A program made the translations under genes and the position numbers. Positions 1-16,038 of a DNA stretch of 64,000 nt are shown one piece after another. A model generated the notes under the pieces. The model saw only the letters and a program-made list of their open reading frames with translations, had not been told where the DNA came from and did no database searches. This DNA is from the human T2T-CHM13v2.0 reference genome, Homo sapiens, in assembly GCF_009914755.1 (NCBI RefSeq), contig NC_060928.1. One strand, given 5' to 3'. The stretch's first letter is position 1. Each line of letters opens with the position of its first letter.

Positions 1-30
1 CACACTACATCATCTATGAATTATTCTTGT

Positions 31-348
<318 letters not shown>

Positions 349-582
349 TTAGCAAGCCTTTGTAACTAGCTCTCAGTTTACAGAAAATATGGGGGTCAAG
401 GAATAAGTTAAGTGACCCAGGAAATGACACATAAATGTGTGAAATAATACAGGACAGTTACCTACTCTCCTCAACAAGGCAATGATATATTTTTAGTTGA
501 AACCAATAAAATTTCTAAATGTAAAACATAAAACTTCTTTCAATCCAGATTTGAACAAACCAACTTTAAAAAGACATTTTAT

Positions 583-900
583 TTTATTTTATTTTATTTT
601 TTTATTTTATTTTATTTTGAGATGGAGTCTTGCTCTGTCACCTAGGCTGGAGTGCAATGGCACAATCTAGGCTCACTGCAACCTCTGCCTCCCAGGCTCA
701 AGCGATTCTCCTGCCTCAGCCTCCCAAGTAGCTGAGATTACAGGCACGTGCCACCACGCCCAGCTAATTTTTGTATTTTTAGTAGAGATGGGGTTTCACC
801 ATGTTGCCCAGCCTGGTCTTGAACTCCTGACCTCAGGTGATCCACCCAACTCAGCCTCCCAAAGTGCTGGGATTACAGGCATAAGCCACGGCGCCCAGCC
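583..900 (-). mobile_element. AluS with 15-bp target-site duplication
   Basis: Full antisense Alu flanked by AAAAAGACATTTTAT at 568-582 and 901-915. Confidence 0.9.
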
Positions 901-1107
901 AAAAAGACATTTTATGAGGCACTTGGGGAATTTTCAATACATATTAAGTATAAAATGATACCAAGGAGGAAGCATTGCTTGTTTTGTTAAATATAATAAA
1001 GTTTATTTAAGATTATACCCATATTTGTTGGAGTGGGTACTTCCCCCCATTGACAGCAATTAAAGGGAGGAGAAAACAGGAATTAGTGAAATCCTGATGA
1101 ATGTTGA

Positions 1108-2370
<1,263 letters not shown>

Positions 2371-2405
2371 CTAGTCTCCTTTACCCAGATGATCACTACT
2401 TAGAT

Positions 2406-2962
2406 CAAGCTTGTCCAACCCGCAATCCACAGGCTGCATGCGTCCCAAAACAGCTTTGAGTGCAGCCCAACATAAATTTGTAAACTTTCTTAAAACATGA
2501 GATTTTTTGCATTCATTTATTTATTTATTTTTTGAGAGAGTCTAGCTCTGTCACCCAGGCTGGAGTTCAGTGGCGCAGTCTCAGCTCACTGCAACCTCCG
2601 TGTCCTCTGCGTCTTTGCTTACTGCAACCTCCACCTCCCAGGTTCAAGCGATTCTCCTACCTCAGCCTCCTGAGTGGCTGGGATTACAGGCATGCTGCCA
2701 CCACACCCGGCTAATTTTTGTATTTTTAGTAGAGATGGGGTTTCACCACGTTGGTCATGGTGGTCTTGAACTCATGACCTTGTGATCTGCCTGCCTCAGC
2801 CTCCCAAAGTGCTGGGATTACAGGCGTGAGCCACCGTGCCCGGCCCATTTTTGCATTTTTTTTAAGGTCATCAGCTGTTTGTTAGTGTTAATGTATTTTA
2901 TGTGTGGCCCACGACAATTCTTCCAATGTGGCCCAGGGAAGCCAAAAGATTGGTTACCGCTG
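2406..2962. mobile_element. MER30 (hAT-Charlie) DNA transposon split by an antisense Alu (~2512-2845)
   Basis: Ends CAAGCTTGTCCAACC... and ...GGCCCAGGGAAGCCAAAAGATTGG..CTG match the recalled MER30 consensus. 8-bp hAT-type TSD ACTTAGAT (2398-2405) / ACTTAGAG (2963-2970). Confidence 0.8.
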
Positions 2963-3549
2963 ACTTAGAGTGAGGCCTTAGCTTGATCTTAGCCATTTCC
3001 CCAGGAAGCTGGGTCACACTAGGGGAGGTAAGCCTGTCATCTGCTCCTGTAGTCCACTGTTCTGCGGTATCAGAACACCCAGGACTGCGGGGTGCAACGG
3101 TTCATGCCTATAATCTCAACACTTTAGGAGGCCACAGGGAAATCTCTTGAGCCCAGGAGTTAGAGAGATCACCCTGGGCAGCATAGTGAGACCCCTGCCT
3201 CTACAAAAACATGGAAAAAATTAGCCAGGCATGGTGGCCCATGCCTGTAGTCTCAGCTACTCAGGAGGCTGAGGTCGGGGGATCACTTGAGACTGGGATT
3301 TGGAAGAGGCTGCAATGAGCCCTAATTGTGCCACCGTATTCCAGCACGCAGGTGAGGCAATAGAGTGAGACCCTGTCTGAAAACAAACAAACAAACAACA
3401 ACAAAAAAAACACTCAGGACACCTAGTAAAATGGCTCTTGCAGTGTCTGTCCTGTGACTAGATTTATAAATGCCCTCCTCAGTGAAAGCAGAGGCCGAAG
3501 CTATCCAATCGTTTGACCAAAGCCTTAGTTAGCATATTATCTTGTACTC

Positions 3550-3662
3550 AACATAGTATCTTGTAATTGTTTATAAACAATTGAAACTAATTGAAATTGT
3601 AATTGTTTATAAACAATTGAAACATAGTATCTTGTAATTGTTTATAAACAATTGAAACTAAT
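3550..3662. repeat. Local triplication containing three copies of the perfect 18-bp palindrome AATTGTTTATAAACAATT
   Basis: Copies at 3565-3582, 3601-3618 and 3636-3653; AACATAGTATCTTGT precedes copies 1 and 3. Confidence 0.95.
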
Positions 3663-4931
3663 GAAAGGAATGCCACAGGACACAGCCCAGGGCACTGAAG
3701 AAAGTGTTGTGTTTTAAAGTAAAGATCTTTGACCCTGGAGGGGAAAAGATACAAATAGGACACTCAGAGGGAGTGGGAAGACTGGCTGCCTAGCTGGCCC
3801 TATTTCATTTCTGTAGGTGAGAAGATGGCATGTCCGGCCCTCTGCTGGCTCCCCGCCCCCGAAGGCCCCTCTTCCTATCAAGTTAACTGCATTTTTTCCC
3901 TCCCACACTTAATGACCACCCATCCCTCCAGGCCCCATTTTCTCTTTTCCTCCCTCTCACACGCTGGGCACCCCAAATCACTCTACTTGGGCAGACTGGA
4001 GCTGTAAAAACAGCAAACTATTTAGATTCAACTATTTGGATTACATGGGTTGGAATCTAGACTTACTGCTTACTTCCTACAGGTGTAAGCTGGTTGAGAG
4101 AAATCATTTAACTGACAAGGATTCAGGACACAAGGAAAACACCCATCACCTCCCTGCCTTTTTGGAAACACAGGAAGAATGTAGAAAGCTAATGGGATAT
4201 TTTGGTATTAAATAACACAGATTTCTTTGGACACAAAAATTCAAGATCTTCCAAACATTGATTTGCATTTTTTATCCTTGGGTCTGTTTGGTTTTCGGGC
4301 TGCTGATTATACTGAATGTTGTGCATAATGGACCATAGGTAAACAAGGCTGCCTTGGAAGTCTCTTCCTTATATGTAAATTCTATTTATATATAAAACTT
4401 AGAGACAGGTCTCTGTTGCACAGGCTGGAGTGCGGTGTCGAGACTGTAGCTCACGCCAGGCGCGGTGGCTCACGCCTGTAATCCTAGCACTTCAGGAGGC
4501 CGAGGTGGGCACATTGCCTGAGCTCAAGAGTTCAAGACCAGCCTGACCAACATGGAGAAACCTCGTTTCTACTAAAAATACAAAAATTAGCCGGCCGTGG
4601 TGGTGCATGCCTGTAATCCCAGCTACTTGGGAGGCTGAGGCAGGAGAATCGCCACTGCACTCCAGCCTGGGCAACGAGAATGAAACTCCAACTCAAAAAA
4701 AAAAAAAAAAGAAAGAAAGAAAGAAAAAGGAAGGAAGGAAGGAAATCCTTGCTGAAGTTGCAAGGAACTTTTCCCAAAATTTTAAAACAGCCTAAATATT
4801 GAGAGTAATTTAATAAATTATACTGTACTTACATGATGCTGTATGACCCTAAGAGGTACTAAATAGAGTATTTTATATGTATATAATATATATAGAGAAA
4901 GTACTAAATGTATTCTCTAGAAAGAGGTTTA

Positions 4932-5237
<306 letters not shown>

Positions 5238-5251
5238 TTAGAATATGATTA

Positions 5252-5495
5252 CAATCATCCTTCGGTATCTGCAGAGGATTGGCTCCAGGACTCCCTTGGA
5301 TAACAAAATTCAGACGGATTCTCAAATCCCTTACAGTTTGCCTCAATATGGGTGGATTCTGCCTCAGCTGATGGAAAATATTCCACTAGTGATTGTTGAA
5401 TCCTGGGATGCAGACTTTGATTTCCCGATGGTGTAGAAAAAAGAAAAGGGAAGAATCCCGGGATGCAGAACTTGGCAGATACTGAGGGCTGACTG
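5252..5495. mobile_element. MER2-like (Tigger/TcMar) MITE, internally shortened
   Basis: Terminal inverted repeats CAATCATCCTTCGGTATCTGC... / ...GCAGATACTGAGGGCTGACTG, flanked by TA on both sides. Confidence 0.75.
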
Positions 5496-6445
5496 TATTT
5501 TTGGGTGATAGTATTATGATTTCATATTCTGTGTGTTTAGATATTTTTATACTATGATGTTTGTGTAAAAATAATATAGATATTAATTCCATATATTCCA
5601 TATATTTACATATATTCTTATTTTGTATTGTACTTGCTTTTTTTTTTTTTAATTATAAGAAATGTCAAAGCCAGGCAGAGTGGCTCATGCCTGTAATCCC
5701 AGAGCATTCGGAGGCTGAGGCAGGAGGTTCACTTGAGACCAGGACTTCCAGACCAGCCTGGGCAGTATACTGAGACCCCTGTCTCTAGGAAAAATGAAAA
5801 AAAATTAGCCTGGTGTGGTGGTGTGCACCTGTAGTCCCAGCTACTCAGGTGGCTGAGGCAGGAGGATCACTTGAGCCCAGGAGGTAGAGACTGCAGTGAG
5901 TCATGATCACACCACTGCACTCCAGCCTGGGTGACAGAGCGAGGTCCTGTCGATAAAACCAAGTACATAAATCCAATTTTATAAAAAGAAATTTCAATAA
6001 TATGCACAAATAAAAAGAATAGCAAAGATCTCTTGAATCACTCAATTTCAACAGTCATGTACATGTGGCCAATCTTGTTTTATCTATACATGCTGGTCCT
6101 GACCTCCTATACTTAGACTCTTTTAAAGCTAATCATATCATTTGAAGACATCATATCATTTGATCCAAAGATACTTCAGCATATATCTCTAAAGGATAAA
6201 GAATCTTTTTAAAAATAATGGTAATATAGCCTGTAGTCCCAGCTGCTTTGGGGGCTGAAATGGGAGGATCACTTGAGCCTGGGAAGTCGAGGCTGCAGCA
6301 AACGGTGTTTGTACCACCACATCCAGCCTCGTTGGCAAAAGTGAGACCCTGTCTCAAAAAATGAAATAAAATAAAATAACAGTAATAGGCTAGATGTGGT
6401 GGCTCATGCCTGTAATCCCAGCACTTTGGGAGGTTGAGGTGGGAG

Positions 6446-6995
6446 CGTCAGAGGTGTCTGAACCAGAGCAACTCCATCTTGAGTAGGGGCTGAGTAAAAT
6501 AAGGCTGAAGTCTACAGGGCTGCATTCCCAGACACTTACTTGTTCTAAGTCACAGGATGAGATAGGAGGTCGGCACAAGATAGAGGTCATAAAGACGTTC
6601 CTGATAAAACAGCTTGCAGTAAAGAAGCCGGCCAAAACCCACCAAAACCAAGATGGCGATGAGAGTGACCTCTGGTCGTCCTCACTGCTACACTCCCATT
6701 AGTGCCATGACAGTTTACAAATTCCATGGCAACATCAGGAAGTTACCCTATATGGTCTAAAAAGGGGAGACATGAATAATCCACCCCTTGTTTAGCATAT
6801 CATCAAGAAATAACCATAAAAATGGGCAGCCAGCAGCCCTCGGGGTGCTCTGTCTATGGAGTAGCCATTTTTTATTCCTTTACTTTCTTAATGAACTTGC
6901 TTTTACTTTACTCTATGGACTCGCCCTGAATTCTTTCTTGCACAAGATCCAAGAACCCTCTCTCGGGATCTGGATCGAGACCCACTCCAGTAACA
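6446..6995 (+). mobile_element. MER41A-like solo LTR (ERV1) inserted into a FLAM/Alu left monomer (~6389-7078)
   Basis: (C)GTCAGAGG..TGAACCAGAGCAACTCCATCTTGA ... CCAAGAACCCTCTCT..CCAGTAACA, about 550 bp. 4-bp TSD GGAG (6442-6445 / 6996-6999). The host Alu resumes with GATCACTTGAG. Confidence 0.88.
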
Positions 6996-9164
6996 GGAGG
7001 ATCACTTGAGGCAGGAGTTCAAGACCAGCCTGGGCGATATACTGAGACCCCATCTCAAGTTAAAAAAAAAAAAAAAGTAACAGTAATATCATAATCACCC
7101 TTTAAAAATTAAATGTAATTTAAGTATCATTAAATATCTTTTCTCCTTTCAAATTCCGCAGGCTGTCTCAAAATTTGTGTGTTTTAGAGTTAGTTTGTTT
7201 AATTCAGGCTCCAAACAAGATCTACAGATCAATGTATTCTTTTCTTAATACTAATAAGCAATGCCAGGGGCCAACTGTGATCAAATATATATGCACACAC
7301 GTCCTCATATTACAGGTGAGAAAAATAAAATTCAAGGAGATTATAAATTACTTGTTCAAGGTTGAGGAGCTAATAAATGGCACAGCATGACTGAAATCAT
7401 TTAGAATTGGGAAAGATATTAGTAATCTATTGATGAGATATAGGCTTGGGTCTCCTCTACAGACAAATGGTAGTGTAAGTCCCCGGGGTGTGTCTGAGAG
7501 CACACAGGGAGTATGTCAAGAGACAACCAGAAGACAGCACTCTACAATCCTCTGATGGTCTTCATCTCTATTTATTTGTTCTTTTCCCAGAAAATATTAA
7601 ACATTTAAAATATACTATATTAAAACTCTATTATAGTTTAGAGGATTGAAAACATTCAGTTTCACTTTTTTGTTTGTTTGTTTTTGAGATAGAGTCTCAC
7701 TCTGTCGCCCAGGCTGGAGTGCAGTGGCATGATCTCAGCTCACTGCAACCTCCGCCTCCCAGGATTCTCCTGTCTCAGCCTCCTGAGTAGCTGGGATTAT
7801 GGGCGTGCACCACCATGCCCAGCTAATTTTCTGTATTTTTAGTAGAGACGGGGTTTCGCTGTGTTGCCCAGGCTGGTCTTGAACTCCTGAGCTCAGGCAA
7901 TCCGCCCCCCCTCAGCCTCCCAAAGTGCTGGGATTACAGGCGTTAGCCACCATGCCTGGCCACTCAGTTTCATTTTTAAGACAGAACTCTCACTCATTTT
8001 GGCATTAAAACTCCTTTGGAGGAAAAATTGCTATATTTTGATTATTTCCTTTATAATCATATGGTGGGGCCAAAACCAAATGGAATCAGCTAATGGGTGG
8101 GAGGGACAGAATTGAGAAAGGATCACTTACCCTCAGAAATGTAAATTAATCCAAATAATCTGTTCTTTTACTTTGACTTCAGGCTCTGGGCTGATTACCT
8201 TTGGGAATTATAATGAGTGTTTATCTCTTGTCTCCCATTAGAGCCACTCTGGCCTTTGCCCCTGATACTCCTCTGAAATGCTCCCACGCATTTTTATCAG
8301 TCCCTTTACAGTTGTCCTGATCCCCTAGGAGCGGGACCCTGCTGTGGGCCCCGGACAGCTGCCCCTCAGTCTCTTTGGTCTCTTGGACAGATGACTCTTT
8401 CTCTGCCTGCCCCTTAGGACTCATGGCTTCTTGAGGATCTGTGTATGGCCAGTGTTGTCAATCTGTCTTCTGCTTTCACAGGACACACATGAAGCCAAAC
8501 ACAGCCCCCAGATTAGCATCCCAGGTGACAGCACTGGATTCTGAGGGGCGGGGGATGAGGGAGGACAGCCAGGGTCAGCTAACCAGGTGAGGGTTCCCAG
8601 GTGTCCCCAAGGAGGGTGTGTCAGAGCTCAGGGACACAGTGTGGGGCAGGACACCAGGACTTGATGGTGGATTTGTAGGGAGCAAAAGAAATGAGGGAAA
8701 TCAGAGATGTCTTCTTGATTTTCTGCTTCAAATATTAGGTGAACAAAGATTCCATTGATTGAGGTGGAGAAGACTGGGAGACGGCCAGGTTTCTGGCTTC
8801 AGAGTTCAGGAGAAATCAAGATTCCTGTTTTGTTTTGTTTTGTTTTGCTTTTGAGACAGTCTCACTCTGTCGCCCAGGCTGGAGTGCAGTGGCGCCATCT
8901 CGGCTCACTGCAACCTCTGCCTCCTGGGTTCAAGCAATTCTCCCTGCCTCAGCCTCCCAAATAACTGGGATTACAGGTGCCTGCCGCCACACCCAGCTAA
9001 TTTTTTGTATTTTCCACAGAGACAGGGTTTCACCATGTTGCTCAGGCTTGTAAGGGATATCTTTCAGCAGGTAGCCCAGTTGCAGGCTCTGGGTTGAAAT
9101 CTCCTTTAGTCTTTCTCAACTTCTCTGTTCCTTTTCACTCATCTAAATAAGGTGGGCTCTGGTT

Positions 9165-9438
9165 ATTTGCATGAGCAAATGCAAACCTGCCCTATTCAGT
9201 TATTACAAAAAAGACTCCAAAGTTCTTAGATCAAGGCCAAGGACACTTAAGTGCTTACAGGGAGGAAGCCTCCCCCACCCTCTCTTGCCCCTACCCCTCC
9301 CACTTCCAGGTGGAAGCTGGTCTTAGCTGGGTGGAGTCCTCACAGCTGCACTTTCCATGTGTGTTTAGTTAGTATCTAGTGTGTGGCCTTTTGCACGGAT
9401 AAAGGACCGCCGCAGAGCTCCCCCTGCTCCAGGTAAGC
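9165..9438 (+). promoter_or_regulatory. Candidate promoter / non-coding first exon for TRIM75
   Basis: Non-repetitive island with octamer ATTTGCAT (9165-9172) in quasi-palindrome ATTTGCATGAGCAAAT, a TATA-like GATAAAG (~9398) and a strong donor CAG|GTAAGC (intron starts 9433). Assignment to TRIM75 is inference. Confidence 0.35.
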
Positions 9439-10762
9439 TGGGAAGTGACATTCCGTGGGTGCGGGAGGCTGGAGTGTAGTGAAACCCGTGACCTCTTGAG
9501 CACCTGCTCTGTGCCTAGAGGGAGCTTGCACCTCACAAGGGAACCTGAATTCGGCATCAGGTTATTTAATGTTTTTATTTTCATTTATTTTTTTGAGACG
9601 CAATCACGCTCTGTGACCCAGGCTGGAGTGCACTGGGGTGATCTTGGCTAACTACAACCTCTGCCTCCTGGGGTCAAGCAATTCTCCTGCCTGTGCCTTC
9701 CAAGTAGCTGGAATTACAGGCACTCTCCACCAGTCAGGATAATTTGTGTATTTTTTTTTTTTTTTTTTTTGAGACAGAGTCTTGCTCTGTTGCCCAGGCT
9801 GGAGTGCAGTGGCTATCTTGACTCATTGCAACCTCCGCCTCCCAGGTTCAAGTGATTCTCCTGCCTCAGCCTCCCCAGTAGCTGGGACTACAGGCATGTG
9901 CCACCATGCCCAGCTAATTTTTTGTATTTTCAGTAGAAACAGGGTTTCACCATGTTGGCCAGTATGGTCTCGATCTTCTGACCTCGTGATCCACCCGCCG
10001 TGGCCTCCCAAAGTGCTGGGATTATAGGTGTGAGCCACCGTGCCTGGCCCATTTTTAGTATTTTTGTATTTTTAGTCTCACCGTGTTGGCCAGGTTGGTC
10101 TCGAACCCCTGATCTCAAGTGTTCCGCCTGCCTCGGCCTCCCAAAGTGCTGGGATTGCAGGCATGAACTACCGCGCCTGCGGCATAAGGTTATTTTAAAA
10201 CGCACGCCATTTATTTATTATGGTTCCTGATTTATTTACTAGTTTTGTCCTAAGTCACCGAAATGCTTACTAAAAAAAGTTAAGCTGAGAGCCCACCCTG
10301 TCCTAAGGAGTCAGAAAATGAGGTGACTGATATCTGTCTGGGAACATTCCCAGAAATGCTGGTCTGATGGCGAGTGTGGAATTACCTTCCAGGATGTAGC
10401 AGTGAGGGATGGTTTGTGTATAGAGTTGGGGGTGGGGTGGAGGGTTAGAGCCCTGATCCGAGGCCCTGAGGTCCCCATCAGGCTGTTTATGGACTTGATC
10501 TCCCTTTATTTAACCACTATTGCTTGCTTACAAAGGACAGACTAAGGCCAGGAGGGGTTAAGTAGCTCCCCCAAGGCCACACAGTTAATAAGGGAACACC
10601 AGGAATCAAACTCAACCATTAAAAAAAAATTTTTTTTTGTAGAAATGGGGTCTCACTCTGCCCAGATCTGGTCTTGAATTCCTTGGGCTCAAGCGATCCT
10701 CCCAGTTCTGCCTCCCAAAGCACTAATGTTACACGCGTGAGCCACTGTGCCTGGTAAGATAA

Positions 10763-10945
<183 letters not shown>

Positions 10946-11969
10946 TAGTAGAGACAGGGTTTCTCCACGTTGGTTAGGCTGGTCTCAGCTCCCGACCTCA
11001 GGTGATCCACCCACCTTGGCCTCCCAAAGTGCTGGGATTACAGGTGTGAGCCACTGTGCCCGGCGATAACTACATTTTACAAAGGAGAGGCGTTTGATAC
11101 TGAGTCTTGACGCTGGAAGATGAGGCCAGAGGGGAAGCCTGAAATCTGAACAAAGAGAAGGAGCTAAGGAAAGAAAATAGTGGCAGGACCTGAGCTTTGC
11201 AGGACTCTGGATCAGCTGTCCAGAGATGCCTCAGGGCGAGAGAATGCACTCTGCTCCAGAAATTTATGCTTGATCAAGAAGTATGCTAGGCGTGGTGGTT
11301 CACGCCTGTAATCTCAGCACTTTGGGAGGCCGATGCAGGTGGATCACGTGAGCCCAAGAGTTCAACACAAGCCTGGGCAACACATGAGACGCTGTCTCTC
11401 TCTCCCTTTTTTTTTTTTTTTTTGAGTCTCACTGTATTGCTCAGGCTGGAATGAAGTGGTGCGATCTCAGCTCACTGCAACCTCTGCCTCCTGGGTTCAA
11501 GCGACTTTCCCACCTCAGCCTCTGGAGTAGCTGGGACTACAGGCATCAGTTATCTACACCCATCAACACCCAGTTAATTTTTGTATTTTTAGTAGAGACA
11601 GGGTTCCACCATGTTGGCCAGGCTGGGAGACCCCATCTCTTTAAAATATATATATTTTCAGCTTGGCGAGGTGGCTCACACCTGTAATCCCAACACTTTG
11701 AGAGGCCAGGAGTTCAAGATCAGCCTGGGCAATACAGCAAGATCCCATCTCTATTAAAAATAAATAAGTTAATAAAAATGATTTTTTTTTTTTAAAGAAG
11801 TGATTCCTGAGACCCTCCAGTAAGGGTGAAATCAGCAGACTTGAGCTGAGGGATCCCTGCATTTTCCAAAGAAAGGTCTGTCTTCAGGACTGTCCCTTCA
11901 CTAGATCCTGGGAGTAATTTCTGATGCCATGGACTATGCTGTCTGATAAAAGTGTGTTTTTATTACTGA

Positions 11970-12461
<492 letters not shown>

Positions 12462-13041
12462 TGATAGCTGTGAACAGAGTGAAAAATAGGTGGAAGGAGT
12501 AGGAAGATGCCCGCTTTTTTTTATCCTAGGATATACTGTGTGCATCAATATATTTGGTGCTATTATTTTGCTTTAAAATCTGCTTGATACTGCCTTGTAT
12601 AGAATGTATGTTACACACATGTAATATAGTTTATTCTGCCAATACTGACTAGACATTTTCCAATGCTTCCTCTTTTTTGAAGTTCAAACTAGTACTGAAA
12701 ATCACATTTTCAGCCTGGTGCAGTGGCTCACACCTGTAATCCTCGCATTTTGGGAGGGTGAGACAGGAGGATTTCTTGAATTCAGGAGTTTGAGATCAGA
12801 CTGAGTGACATGGCAAGACCTCTAGAAAAAATAACAAGAAATTAGACTTCAGTGAGCCATGATCATGCACTGAGTGACCAAAAGAGAACCTGTCTCAACA
12901 ACAAAAATATTTGTATATATGTTTGAATATTTGTTCAAGTCATCTGCATTTTTATAGGATTAGCATTGTCAAATTACAATGTCAAAGGAAAAACTTTTTA
13001 AGTATTTTTTTGTTTTTTGTTTTTTGTTTGTGTGCTTTTGA

Positions 13042-13254
<213 letters not shown>

Positions 13255-14592
13255 TGATCCTCCCACCTCGGCCTCCCAAAGTGCTGGGATTACAGGCTGA
13301 GCCACCAAGCTCAGCCTTTGTTTCTACTTCACAGTCTACAGTGTTGGAATGTCTACATAACTGTTGCTTCTATGCTCGTTTGGAGAGCATGTTCCCATAC
13401 ATTGGGAATATGTTCAGTTTTTGTCTTTTTATTTTCTTATCTTGTAGGTATTTTGCATTTAGACATAATGACATTTTAGTAGTAAATACTGAAAATATTT
13501 TCGCAAATTTTGTTTATATTCAATGTGTTATCTCGTTGGGTTTCATTTCACAAATAGATAGGTCTTCTGTGGCCTATTCAACTGTAGAGAAGCAAGGATG
13601 TAAGAGCAAGGTAAATTTGGTAGATGTGATTTTGAGCCATCAGAAATACTTTTTGTTTTTTTCTAATTAGAGACAAGGTCTCACTCTGTCACCCAGGCTG
13701 GAGTGCAGTGCCACAGTGACAGCTCACTGGAGCCTTGACCTCTGTGGCTCAAGGATTCCTCCTGCCTCAACCTCCCAAGTAGGCTGGGACTACAGGTGCG
13801 CACCATCATGCCCAACTAATTTTTTTTTTATTTTTTTATTTTTTTATTTTTATTTTTTGTAGAGATGGGCTCAGTCTACGTTGCCCAGGCTAGAAATAAC
13901 TTACCAAGACAAAAGTTTAAAGGGAGATTGTCATTATTTACCTGATTCCAAGAATTTGGGATGTAAAGCAAATTTCTCCAAGTTACAGATATAGGTAACA
14001 AAGGCTGTATTTTAATTTGGGTGGTCTCTATGCCTCAGGGCCTAAGCTGTTCCCACAACCCCAGTTAGGATGACTGGTAAGTAGATGGGATGTGGGGATT
14101 GTGGTTCCAACTATGTGGAATAGCTAGGGCACAATAATAAAGGCATGGAAATAAAAGACTGGGACTAGGGGAGGATAATTTGTGTTTGGCTAGAATGTGG
14201 TGGAGGTTAGGACCACCTGAAATAAATTCAGGTTTGTTTCATCTTGTTTTGTTCTTAAGAAAGAAATATCTTCTCACCCACAGCAACCAATGATTTGAGG
14301 CAACAGCTGTTTTCCTAACAGCTGCTTAGCTTGGCATCATTTTCTCTGAGCAGCCAAAGGCTGGAAGAGCAGTTGTCTGGCTGAGCTGTGACTGCCGGCA
14401 GGCTGTGTGTGGGACTCCTTTTGGCAGTTGGAATTAAAGGGTCCGAAGATTCAAAGGACTTCAAGGGCTGCCACCAATGTGAGAAATCAGTGGGACTGTA
14501 GTGAGGTCATCAGCTGCCTCCAGGAAGGACAGTGAGATCTAAGAGCATATCTGCTTCTCACTGAAGAGTACCCACAGAACTCAACCTCTTGA

Positions 14593-16038
<1,446 letters not shown>

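Noticed and set aside
3550-3662. CRISPR-like array (palindromic repeats with spacers)
   Set aside because: Human DNA; spacers are only 17-18 bp and are themselves copies of flanking sequence; no cas genes.
10428-10446. G-quadruplex-like G runs (also ~27220-27242)
   Set aside because: Only imperfect four-tract motifs with no supporting context.
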